Below the pieces are notes generated by a model. That model had not been told where the DNA came from, did no database searches, and saw only the letters and a program-made list of their open reading frames with translations. Below are positions 1-12,300 of a DNA stretch of 64,000 bases, piece after piece; positions within the stretch are counted from its first letter, which is position 1, and every line of letters starts with the position of its first letter. The position numbers and the translations under genes were made by a program. This DNA comes from Cycas panzhihuaensis (taxonomy: Eukaryota > Plantae > Cycadophyta). The DNA is taken from the NCBI GenBank assembly GCA_023213395.1, contig CM041465.1, forward strand, positions 205,971,741 to 206,035,740, written 5' to 3'.

Positions 1-910
1 ATCTTCCTTTTTGATCCATCCTCATTCGAACTTCTTCTTCAAACACCTACATGTCCTAGTATATGGCGCCAATATGCTAAATATATGTTCACAATAAATA
101 AACTAACATACCATCAGTTTTTTGCTATATCATGCTACTTTGTCTCATCTGTATGCGACTATATCACTTTCATCTTGTCCGAGAGTCACAGTCATATGTC
201 ATTGGAATAACTAGCATATTTAGATTTCTGGCTCATCAAATACACCTCATAACTGGCTCTTATACTGACTCATATACTAGCTTTGTAACTGGCATATGGA
301 CTCATGTATTGGCTCAATAATCGACTTTGTATAGGCTTCAACCTATTCGTGCAAGATCTTTCACAACATCGCTCTGATACCATGTTAGAATTTAGAATTC
401 AAGTTTGACACCTTGTTATAATATAATAAATATTGCACAACGAAAGTATATCAGGCACATATATACAATGAGTTATCTCATGAGAAATGTACACAATCAT
501 GTATGTAAGATAAATATATGAAATAATAACATGAACATAAACTAAATATTAGCAAGCATGCACCACAAGAGAGACAACAAATTTATACGTGGAATATTCA
601 ATGTAAAAGAAACCATGTATGAAGGTTGGAGTTGGGAGCTCCTCTTGAGATATCAAAATAAGTGCATCTCCAAGTCTTGGACCTTTCTCAAGTTCACAAG
701 TTGTGTGTGAATTTATTCATATCAATAGTCACCTCATGAGTAGCCTATTATTTCTCTAGAGCCTTTACATCATCCAAAAGGAATATTTACATGAATGTGT
801 GTGCATTTCATATCTATCAATGTATTTGATGAGTGGGATTGTGTGTGTATTCACAGCCTTAATATTAAACATTACATATGTGAATAATCACATATTCAAG
901 ATTCTTAACT
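1..910 (-). mobile_element. Copia-type LTR element C0: 5' LTR (383-~910), PBS and start of internal region (rest outside window); interrupts gag of G1
   Basis: GCTCTGATACCA at 371-382 is the reverse complement of the tRNA-iMet PBS. It directly abuts TGTTAGAAT (383); a matching inverted end ATTCTTAAC lies at 901-909, after which G1 gag resumes. Superfamily is inferred from PBS spacing only. Confidence 0.65.
371..382 (-). promoter_or_regulatory. PBS (tRNA-iMet) of C0
   Basis: Minus strand TGGTATCAGAGC, perfect match. Confidence 0.9.
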
Positions 911-1990
911 TTTAAGGTTTCTTCTTTCATCATAGTTTTGCATGCCTTCTTTGCTCTTAATTCTTTAGTTTCTTCATGTAACATCCTCAACACATTATCT
1001 TGTGTGCTCAATTCCTTTGAGTCTAGCTCTTTTTCAAATCTAATAGCTATTTTTTTTTGTTTTTACAAATGATTTATTAGGTTGTTGATTCAATGGATTC
1101 CTTAATTGAGGTTTCAACCCATTCACAATGTAACTTTTTAACAAAAAATCAAGTATCTTCTCCCCACTAATAATATTGGCTACTATAATGGACATATGAC
1201 TTGTGTAGTCTAATACTGATTCCCGTAGCCATTGCTTAAGATTCCCTAGTGCTTGCAAGAGAACCTCATTGCTCTATAACTTTTGAATCTCACTTGAAAA
1301 GAATCATAGATTTTTTGCCAAGTTTTTATAGCTACATTTGCTTCTTTATACCACACCAACAACACTCCCCTTAGTGTGCAAATGAATCTCTCTTTAACAT
1401 CCTTCTCATTAGTAATGTTTCTTACGTCATTCATGTTGTTAAATAGGTACATATACTTTATTGCATATGTAGCCCCATCAAATTTGAGATGGTTTAATGC
1501 ACTTTCGTTATGACAATGAGGTGACACCATTTTGGGAGGTGTCCTTGGTGTCAATACTCTTCCCCTTGTTGTGTTAACTTTGGTTGATAACCCTTCCTTT
1601 GGTGTTGTCTCTTTCTCCTCCTTGAATAGTGGATTACTCATAGGGGCTTTCACTTGAATAATTCCTTCTATGCTTGGAATTTGACTTGCTAATGGTGTTT
1701 TAGTCACAAATGAACCCTCACTTAGTTAGAGCGGTGTATTGGATAGTTTTTTGGTAAAATGGTTTTTCAAATTTTCATTGCGTATGCTTGTTGGGCTTTC
1801 CTCCAAATAAAAATTCTTACTTCCTGTTAGAATCCCTTTTGGGTCAAATATGTTGGCCATATTTTCATCTACCATAGTGCATTCTTCAATCATAACAATT
1901 TAGGGTGTTATTAATTCATTCCCTTTTAATCTCTTAATGGACTTCTCCTTAATCCTTCCTCTTGATGATGTGCCTCTTTTATACACTTGC
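911..1990 (-). pseudogene. gag: Gypsy gag (Retrotrans_gag capsid) remnant of G1
   Basis: ORF 1246-1707 has FICTLRGVLLVWYKE...TWQKIYDSFQVRF; ORF 1040-1258 has YIVNGLKPQLR. Confidence 0.8.
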
Positions 1991-2205
1991 CTTAGTTTTC
2001 TTTCCTCTATTGAACATATTGCCCTTTGGTGACTTGACTCTAGTACTTCACGACCCAAAGCTTCTTAGGTAGCATTAGAGGGTTCTATGGTTGTTGTGGT
2101 TTAGTTAAAAGTTGCCATCACTATGACAACTAGAGTCTTCTGGTCTTTGATCTTACACTTCCATTTGCCTTAGAGTCCTTGGGCTTATTTCTACTCCAAT
2201 GATTT

Positions 2206-2218
2206 AGCGACAGAACCG
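2206..2218 (-). promoter_or_regulatory. Degenerate PBS of G1 (tRNA-Glu-like)
   Basis: Plus AGCGACAGAACCG vs recalled plant tRNA-Glu 3' end GGCGACGGAACCA; same position as G2 PBS. Confidence 0.6.
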
Positions 2219-2411
2219 ATGTTGATTGCCACTCAGCCTACCAGTGTTTTGAAACCACTTGATAATGTAGTTGCCATGTGTCCTCTTACTCCTTGATGTC
2301 GGTTGCACTTAGGTTATTTGCAACATAGATAGCAACTTTACAACATTCACCACATATGCAATATAGTTAATCGCAATATAAGCAACCAATCATCAATCAC
2401 ATAGAATGCAT

Positions 2412-2622
2412 TGTTGAAAAACAGAATATAAAAAAAGAGGAGTGTACTTCATTAATGATGGGTGAGAGTTTCTCTCATATAAATACATCAAGTTTATAAG
2501 AGAGATCTAATACATGTATGCTAAGTGTTACTTTATAACAGAAGAGGGGTCATGACACGACCTTTAATTATACATAAGAAACCCCAATGTAAAACATGGG
2601 ATAGAACATTAATATTTTAACA
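2412..2622 (-). repeat. C1 3' LTR
   Basis: TGTTGAAAA...TTTAACA, matches 28484-28698. Confidence 0.95.
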
Positions 2623-2639
2623 CCCTGCTTTAATGTTCT

Positions 2640-5600
2640 ATCCTTTGTTTTTCATTCCCAGTAGATTTCTAAGATATTGAAACCTATCATTTGATAAGGG
2701 CTCTGTGAGGATGTCTGCAAGTTATTATTTATTGCTATAATATTTTAGATCTACTTCTTTACTCTAAATGTTTTCTCTGATAAAATGATGATGTACTTCT
2801 ATGTGCCTTGTTCTTGTATGAAAGACATGATTTTTTGTTAATTTGATAACACTTTGATTATTATAAAAGATTGGGCTTGTTTTAAAGCAATTTTGATTTA
2901 AATCCTTAAGAAGTTGCCTTAACCAAATTGTTTCATAGGTTGCATTAACTGCAACCTTATATTTTACTTCTATTGATGACAGTGCCATAGTTGGTTGCTT
3001 TTGCTACTCCAAGATGTCACAATTGATCCTAGATTGAAACAATATCCTAATGGAGATTTTCTCTCTTGTTGTTCTCTTGCTCAATCTGAGTCATTATATC
3101 CAATCGATTCTAATTTAATTGACTTAGTATATTTCAATTTTAGATCCAATGTACCTTTGATATATCTTAGGATTCTTTTAGCAACATTCCAATGAGTGAT
3201 CTTGGGGGCATGCATGTATTTGAAGATAATTCCTACAAAAAATGATATGCTTGGTTTGGTTGTTGTTAAGTAATTGAGACTTCCAACTAGCTGTTTGTAA
3301 AGTGTCTTACTTATTGATTGTCTTCATTTATTATTAGAACACATATTGTTTCCATAGGTGTGGCATAGGGATTACAATCTTCTATAGTGAATCTTTTAAG
3401 AAGATTCTTGGCATATTTTGATTGTGAGATGAAGATGGTATTTATTACTTGATATATTTCAATACCAGGATAGTAGTGAAGTGGACCCATATCTGTTATC
3501 TCAAAATTGGTTCCCATCTGTGTTCTCACCCATTTGATTGTTTCATGGCCTTTGCTTGTAACAATTATATAATCTACATACACAACAATTATGGTAATCA
3601 AGTCATTTCCTTGATTTTTAATATAAAGACTTGGATCGGTTTCACGCCTGCAGAATCCTTTTTCTCTAAGATGATGATCTAACTTTGTATACCAGGCTCG
3701 TGGTGCTTGCTTTAGATCATATAATGCCTTTTTCAATATGTAGACTAGATGTTCTTCTCCTTTCTTTATATACCTTAGAGGTTGCTCCATGTAAACTTCT
3801 TCATCTAGGTTATCATTTAAAAAGACACTTTTTAAATCGAACTGCACTATTTTCCATCCATGTTGTGCTTTCATATCTGTAACTATGTGAATGGTTATCA
3901 TTTTTCCTACTAGAGAAAATGTTTCTTCATAGTCAATCGCTACTCTGAGTATATTCTTTTGCCATTAGCCTGGCTTTAAAATTTTCAATTCCACCATTAG
4001 ACTTTTTTTCTATTTTGTAAACCCATTTGCACCCCACAATTGGTTTACTTTTAGGAGGGGAAACCGGTTCCCAAGTATTATTTTGTTTTATAGAGAGCAT
4101 TTTCTTATTCATGGCTTCTAGCTATTCTAAATTTTCACAAGCTTCATCATAGTTACGAGGTTTAACTAAGCAGATTAAGCCCTAATGTCTTTGAGATCTT
4201 GTTCTTTGTTTAAAAATAGCTTCTTTTGATTCTTCCATAGTTTTGAAGTACCACTTGGGTAGCCTTTTTTTAGTTTGAATAGTTTCTCCTGAAGAATCAT
4301 TTTCCCATTCTCTTGCTTCTTGAAGATTGCTATCTGTGACATTTTCTTTCTAAAATGTAACTTCTTCCTGAGATGCAACTTCTTCCTGAATTGCAACTTC
4401 TTTATTAGGAATCTCCATAGTTTTCTCTTGAATTATTTTGTTTTTTGAGGTACATAGCTAATCATTTTCTATCGAGGTCATCTCATCAAATGTGACATCT
4501 TTGCTAACATACATCCTGTTAGTTTTTGAATCTATGCATCCGCATGCTTTAGATTTGTTACTATATCCAATTATAATATACTTGATGCTTTTGTTATCTA
4601 ATTTACACCTCTTTTGGCTAGGAATATGTACATAGACAATAATTCCAAAAACTTTAAGATGACTTATGTTAGGTTTTCTGCCTGATCATGCTTCTTCCAA
4701 AATAAGTTTTTCAAGTGTTTTTATGGGGCTTTTATTTGTAAGATATACAATTGTATTAATAACTTCAGCCCAATATGCATTAGATACTCCTTTTCCTTTT
4801 ATCATACATCTGGCCATTTTTGTTATAGTTCTATTCAATCTTTTAGCTACTCCATTGGGTTGTGGAGTATAAGGAGTAGTTAGTTGCCTATGAATGCCAT
4901 GCATCTTATAGAAATTGAAAAAATCATTCCAGATGTATTCCTCTCGTCCATCTGTTCTAAGAATTTTGATTTTATGTCCACTTTTTAGTTTAATTTGAAC
5001 TTTGAATTCTTTAAAAATATTAAAAGCTTCTGACTTGATGAAGATGAAAAACACCCAGGCTTTTTTGTTAAAGTCATGTATGAAAGCAAGGAAATACTTG
5101 GCACCATTAACAAAATTTAGTATGATTGTTCCACATATATCACTATGAACTAATTCCAATCTTTCCCATGTTCTCCAACTACTTTCTTGAAACTAGGATC
5201 TATGTTGTTTTCCCATCATATAACCTTTGCAAACAAAAGAACTTTATATAATATTGTTAAGTAATCCATCAACCATATTTAATCTTTTAAGCATTTGAAC
5301 CTATCATCTACAATGTGTCCATACAAAAAATGCTATATTTCATTATTAATGCTGCGAATAGCAAAAGAATTTATAGAAGGAGATAGAATGGGAGTAGAGA
5401 CTAATTTTTAGAGATTATCTGTCTCTATCCCTTCTGTAATTACAACACCATTTTCTTTCATCTCATAGATGTAACATTTGCCATCCTCATAAAAAATGAT
5501 TCGAAGTTTGTTATTTTTTATTTGAGATACAAAAAGAAGATTTTCCTTTAATCCAGAGACAAATAAGACATTACCAATCTTTTTGATTTCTTTATTGATT

Positions 5601-6235
5601 TTCACTGCTATGGTTCCTTTGTCTTTTATGTATAAAGGAAAGTTGTTTATGATTTCAATAGTTTTGTTTAAGGAATATGGATGAAGAGTCTCGAACTAGT
5701 CTTCTCTTCTTGTCATACGATTCGAAGCCCCAGAGTCTATGAATCGGTCTTCACTATTTTGGGAAGCTAACGTGGTGACAAACATAGTTTCTTCTTCCTC
5801 ATCTTTGGACTGCTCACTATTGTAATTTCCTTCAACTCACTTTCCCTTATATATCTTTGCTCTTTTAGGTGGATAACTACTCTAAAGGTGTCCAAATCTT
5901 CCACAATGGTAACAAGGATGAGTTTCCATTGATTTGCAGTGACTAGCAAAATGTCCTCATCTCCCATAGTGATAACATATCCAGGTATCTACTAATCTAC
6001 CTCTTACAACTCCTAATCTTTCTTATATGGTTTTTCCTCTACCTCTTGTATTTGTTGACCTTCCTCATGTGGATCTTCCTTTGCCAAAATCTCGTTCTCC
6101 AATTCTTAGTCTTGAGAGGAATGCTCCTTCAATCTCAATTCATTCTTCATATCTTCATATCCTTTGTTCTTGCTGTAGAAGAGGTCCACAAAGAATGTCA
6201 AAGGATATGATACCAACTTGACCTTCCACTGTGAG
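2640..6235 (-). pseudogene. pol: C1 polyprotein: gag C-term/zinc knuckle, protease, GAG-pre-integrase, integrase, RT (RVT_2), RNase H; many stops/frameshifts
   Basis: ELVHSDICG...PYTPQPNGVAKR (IN); QFDLKSVFLN, LYDLKQAPRAWY, VYVDY (RT); FHTRTRHIEVHHHFIRE (RH). Confidence 0.93.
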
Positions 6236-6478
6236 TGTTATAAAAACAAACAAGTATTCTACTGCAGAATAATGTCTTTTTCCCATTACTTACAAGTGGA
6301 ATATTCTCATATACATATACATCAAAGGCTACAAAGAGGAGCCAATGAGAGAGAGCCAAAAGAAAACACTTTGCACAACTTTTAATAATAACATAAGTTA
6401 TGCTCTAAATAAAGACTATGTGAACATTGACTTAAGAGAAACAATAAAAATTTCTAAGTAAAATTCTTAACCTTAACA
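6236..6478 (-). repeat. C2 3' LTR
   Basis: TGTTA...CCTTAACA, matches 27089-27334. Confidence 0.93.
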
Positions 6479-6484
6479 CCTCCC

Positions 6485-7327
6485 TGTTGACTTCGCTGGC
6501 GTCTTATTACACTTACGAGACACCTCTGCTCACTTGTCAAGGTTGCACAGCGCTATAGTCTAGTTTTAGGATACTGTCAACATGGTTATTCACATACATT
6601 CCACATACATTCCATATATAATTCACAGAATGGTACACAGCAGTATAGAAATCAATACATACTTCAGCAAATCATCATCACAACACCAAGAATACACCAA
6701 TTTCCACGTAACTCTTCCTTTTATTAATTCAACAGTTCATTTACACAGGGGCTGGAATGCATTCCTGAGCATTCGGCGACATCTGATCATACATTACATA
6801 TGCGTGCCGGATGGTACTTATTATACATTCATGGTCCAATCGGTCATCATGCGTCTTGTCTCCTGCACCTTTGCGTGCGTGATATCTGACTCTCACCTAA
6901 CCGGGTGAATCATGCGTACCTCCTTAAGTACTCTGTTGGTACCTTTTGGTGAAGGGTTATGACATGCTGTCATAACCGTACCCCTTCGATCATCGTACCT
7001 CTTCGATTATCGTACCTCTTCACTTAATCACTTTGTTTGTCCTTAATTAATTATTCCTTTGGAGTGCATGCGTCCGTGCGTCGTCAGCACCTCCCGGTCT
7101 TCCTTTGGTCCCACAGAGTCATGCGTCTGCTTGCCGTTTGGTTCCGATTACGCGGCGATGCGTTCTGTCATGCGTACCCGTTCGGTATGCACACATCATC
7201 GTACCCAGAATGCTTGTTTTCTGGCGGTTGCCTCGTGCGTACCTCCGTGCGGTCAGGTACTGCACAACTCGGGTTATCGACCTACCTCGGTCCTCACACA
7301 ACCATTGAGTCAATTTTAATGCCAACA
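6485..7327 (-). repeat. G2 3' LTR
   Basis: Colinear with 16080-16908. Confidence 0.95.
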
Positions 7328-7493
7328 TCTATCACGGGTCAGCGATTATGGGTTTGAGCATCCTTGCTCAACAAAACTCCAAAAAATCAAAATTTCGGGG
7401 TATCCCTCCCCCACTCTGTCTCAAGGCGGCTCCTGCTGCCTCGGTCCTCCCAAAATTTCTTCGTTTATCTGTGTCAGGGTAGCAATAATGGCA

Positions 7494-8481
7494 TCATTCT
7501 CCTTTATTTTCTCCTGAAGGGCCGCTATCTCTGCTTTGTACCCTGCCTCCATATCCTGGATCATTTGAATAATTGGTCCCGCTTTGTCCTTCGGTGTAGG
7601 AGGTGCTGAGGGTTCTCCAACCTCTGCTGCTGCTGGGAATTCTTCCCATTCTTCCCAGGATGCTTCTGCCTCTTCCTCCTCTTCTTCTTCTGTTTCCTCC
7701 TCTCCTTTCTTCCTCTTCCCACGTCGATGGACAACTTGCTTTGTCCTGTGAGGAATAGGTGTACACAGGGTTTTGTAACGGTGTAAGTACCTTCTGCATT
7801 TGCTTCTGAACTCTCCGTTTAGCTACCATTCTGGTTGTCGTGTCTGGGAACTCGCTACCCTTTGTTTAATGATTGGTTCAGGAGAAATAGTGGTTACAGT
7901 TAATTGAACTTAGGACCTTTGGTAAAATAAAATTGCCAAAAGCAATGAAGGATGGCGGAAGGGTTGTGTCCGGATTTCCATGTTGTTGCCTCATATTCTC
8001 GATAAAAATTCGGACGATTCATTCTTTCTCCATCTCGAATTTTTAAGAGTACACGCATCATACCTCCCTGGATGTAGGTACATTTCCTTTTTGACAAAAA
8101 CCTGGAATTAATCACCTTGGCCACCCACTGCAATTTGTTGTCCATAATGTCGGCTACCCTGATTCCGCCGGACATTATTTGGGTGTTAGGATGGCATAAC
8201 TCCCTCATCCACATTTCCCGGTCAACCTCTGATCTTTTTGTTCCCAATGGAACCTCTCCCTCCTTGGGAAGTCCAGTAATAGTGTGGACTATATCTGCGT
8301 CCAATTTAGCTTTGCTGCTGTTTGCTTTTAGAGCCATCAGAATTTGGTCCATTAACTCCGGGTCATAATACATAGGGTTGCAAAAAATGTAATCCTTCCA
8401 GCCTGCCTGCTTAATCTTTATGCGAAATCTTTGGTAGGGTTTGGAGGTCTGTTTGACTTGGGAATGTATGCCTCTTGGCAC
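7494..8481 (-). CDS. G2 extra 3' ORF (PMD/Transposase_32-like N-part 7900-8481, charged C-part 7494-7829; frameshifted)
   Basis: 193-aa ORF with LDADIVHTITGLPKEG, GGIRVADI, VINSRFLS; aligns by eye with G5 ORF 62193-62957. Confidence 0.6.
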
Positions 8482-8699
8482 CTAGTCCTCATCATGGGTG
8501 TGGATTTCGGAGGTAAGAAAGAAAACCTAAAGCGTCTTGGTAGAACCGCGCGTGCGTACCTCGAGGCGCTTGCCGTTTCAACTTTGTTTCGATCAGCGTG
8601 ATGCGTGCAGAGCAAACCCTTGCGTCTTGAGTGGTCCGTTCGCTCTGCGTCTGCACAAGAATGTTCGCAGTGCGTAATGATTTGTCGTTTTCGTATTTT

Positions 8700-9100
8700 G
8701 TCTTATCGTGCCCTTAGTGCGTATAATGTTAAATTGCTATTATGCGTGCTCGATTCGTACTTTCTTTGGTGCGTATAATGCAAATAGTCACTTAAGTATC
8801 TTTTACGGTGCGTGCCGATTACGTCGTCGTTGGTGCGTATAATGTATAATTTGAGTTTACGCTCACATGCCTTTGTGCGTGCACTGTTTACGTAGTTTTC
8901 AGGTACGTAAAATGTAATTGAGCCACTTAAAGTTATTTCTACTATGCGTACCTATCCGCGTACTTTTCAGATACGTATAGTATAATTCGGGGTCACTTTT
9001 TCCATTATGCGTACTTTAGTGAATTCCTTTGGTACGTATAGTGTATTTTTTTACTTTTATCAGTCCCAAGCATGCGTGCACAGTAGCGTACTGTTAGTGC
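8700..9100. repeat. Degenerate tandem array (~6 units of 55-70 bp) built on GGT(G/A)CGTATA(A/G)TG and TGCGT(G/A)C
   Basis: Core recurs near 8717, 8768, 8831, 8902, 8970, 9031. Confidence 0.7.
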
Positions 9101-9319
9101 GTCTGCTCGTAATTTGCTTGTATCTTTCTTTGAGTTTTCCTCTGATTTTTCTCGGATTGTACTGCTGTTGCTTATATCAGAAATGAGTTACGGTTATTTT
9201 TTATTTTTCAATTTATTTTTCAATTTTTATATCCATACTGAACTGGATCATGGCTCGGTATCAAGGCAGTTGATTGCCTCAACATCATGCAATTCGCTAT
9301 GGTACAACCAGCTGATCCG

Positions 9320-12300
9320 GTGATGGCGGCTACTCAATGTAAGACTTGAGTGCTACCATTTACCCGTGTTGGTAGCGGTCCGTCGATTTCGCACGAACCA
9401 TTCTCGAAGATTCTTTCGCGATGTATGGTCCCAACCATCGCATCTTGAGTTTCCTGGGTGTGTTTTGAATTTCTTTGTCGTATAGCAATACGTGATCACC
9501 TTCATTAAATTGTGGTTTCCGCAGATGGCGGTCATGCCACGCTTTTTGTCGTCGTTTTCTATATCTTGCACCGGTTTGCTAGATGTCGCGTCTCTTCCAA
9601 CCGTATTAGGTCTTCCGATCGTCGTTCAAGGTGGAGGTCGTCTAGTCGGCATTGTATCGCCACTCGTAAGCTGGGTATCTCGAATTCGGTCGGAAGGATG
9701 GCTTCCATGCCATATACAAGCTGAAATGGGGTCTGTCCAACTGATCTTTTGTACGTCGTCTGAAAGGCCCATAATCTGGAAGGCAGCTTCTCGGCCCAAT
9801 CTGCCCGATGTCGCATATTTTCCATAAGCAGTTTCGATTATTTTGTTGGAGCTTTCCGCTTGACCATTGGCTTTCGGGTAGTAGGGGGTTGATTTTCGAT
9901 GGCTAATCATGAAGGCAGTTGTTAACGCTTCAATCGTTTGGTTGAGGAAGTGGGCACCTTGGTCACTGACAATCTCCAAGGGGCATCCGAACCTTGTGAT
10001 TACCACCTCATACAGAAATTTTCTTTGTACTTTACGCATCGGCTTTCCTCAATCGCGTGCTTCCACCCACTTTGTCGGCGTGGTCGGTTGCCACCGAGAA
10101 TGTCGAGCTTTTGATCGGCGTCTTCTTGGTTTGATCGGTCCCACAAAGTCGAGTCCTCACTTTTGAATGGTGCCAAGGTAGTATAGGATGCAGCGGGTGG
10201 AAATCACATCGATTAGGTTTCCCCACTCGTTGGCGATGATCGCATCTTGAACCCATTTTTTAACATCTTCGAACATCGATGGCCACCAGAATCCCGACGT
10301 TAAGATTTTTCGCCACGTGGCCAATTTCCCCATGTGGCCACCTGCTACTCCTTCATGTGCCTGCGACATGATCTGTTTTGTCTCATGCTGTCGAACACAA
10401 CGTCGCAATATGTCATCCGACCCCAATTTGTACAACTCACCGCTGATATAAGGCGTCGGCTCTGCTTTTAATGAAATTTCTTTTCCCGTCGATCTAATTA
10501 CATTGGCACTTCACGGTCGCTAGATATTACGGTATACCCTCATACCATCCACTTTGGGCTGCATCTATCTTTGAATAGATTGCGTCTGGAAAATAATCGG
10601 TATCCACATGGCTTTCTCTCCATTTTTGATTCTCGATAGTTGATCTGGAATGATGTGCGCCTTACCAGGTTTCACAATGATTCTGAATGAAAATTCTTGG
10701 AATAGCATTAACCATCTGCTGATCCTTCCTCGCATAATGGGTTTATTCACCAGATACATCAAAGCTTGGTGGTCGACAAAAAACAGGAATGGATTAGATA
10801 ATAAATAATGTCAAAATTTCTGTAGTGCATAAACCATGCTGAGTGCCTCTCTTTCCGTCGTCGTATAATTCTGCTCTGCTCTCGTAAGTTTTCGACTGGC
10901 AAAATAGATTGGATGATCCGTTTTATCATCACTAGGTTGGGCTAATACGCATCCAATAGCGTATTGTGACGCATCCACATGTACGTGAAAAGTTTTCTTC
11001 CAATCTGGAAATCGCAATATAGGTGCTGCTACTATGGCCTGCTTTAATGTCTCGAATGCTCGTTGCTGATCTTTGGTCCATATCCATTCAATATTCTTTT
11101 TCAGCAATTCTTCTAGAGGTCCAGATATATATGCATATCCTCTGATAAATTTTCTATAATATCCGGTCAGACCCAAAAAACCTTTCAGCTGCTTCCTCGT
11201 ATTTGGTGTCGGAAAGTGTAAAATGGCGGAACACTTTTCTTTGGATCCGTCAGCAATCCTTCCTTGCTGACTATGTGCCCTAGGAGGTTTCCAAAGGGTA
11301 CCAGAAATGTACATTTTTTTGGATTAAGACACAGTTTGTTCTCCCGACAGGTTTGCAACATTTCTCTCAAGTTTTCCATATGGTTTTTCATTAACCCGTA
11401 CAATGTCAAATCGTCTAAGAATACAGCAACTTTTTCTCCAATAAATTTACGAAAAATATTAATCACAATCCGTTGAAATGTCATTTGGTGCATTCGTAAG
11501 ACCGAATGGCATTACCTTATAGGCGTCGTGCCCCATTACATTACGAATGTTGTCTTTGCACGATCTTAAGGGCAATCGCACTTGATTGTATCCACTAAAT
11601 CCGTCTGTGAATGAATAGATTTCATTTCCTCCAAGCGCTTCGAGAATATCTTAGTGAAAGGTAGCGGAAATGGATCTTTTTCGTTATTTTGTTCAATTGT
11701 CTCGTAATCCACACGGACTGAATTTTCCCATTTTCTTTGGAACCACTACTACGAGGCTCACCCGATCCTTTGTAGTCAATTTCGTATATATAACACCTTC
11801 TAACATTTTATCCGGATTACGCTTTTACTTTTTCTTTATATTTGGATTCATTCGATATGGTCATTTATTTCTTGGTTTAGCATCCTCCACTAGATCAATA
11901 TGATGCATTCCTATCTCCTGAGGAATACCTTTCAAATCTTTATACGACCATGCAAACACATCACGAAATTCTTGAATAATTGTTGAGCTTGACTCTGGTT
12001 TGGGGATCCCAATAATCTCCAATTCGAATAAGCTTAGGACTTTGGATTGCCAACATTAATTTACATTGCTTTTAACTTTGTCATACCCACATCTTCTACA
12101 TTTTCGGTTTATGCCTGGAGCATCTTCTATTTTTTTTCTCCCACGGTCTGTAAACTCTGCGGGATAATTCACAATTTCTTCTTCTTCACTCTGTCTGGAT
12201 TCTATTGTTTCTGATCATTAAATCTTGTTCTAGTTTTATGCTCATCATTCTAATATGTTTCGAGATTGTGTCTACTCCTTGGTTTTTCAAGTATGCCTAA

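Noticed and set aside
64-71. TGGCGCCA PBS-like word
   Set aside because: No adjacent LTR terminus; short palindrome expected by chance.
6582-7357. Several 65-108 aa ORFs in G2 LTRs
   Set aside because: Not preserved between the two LTR copies; by-product of GC-rich motif repeats.
8700-9100. Repeat-spacer-like array resembling CRISPR
   Set aside because: Repeats are degenerate, spacers are mutually similar, there are no cas genes and the context is a eukaryotic retroelement.
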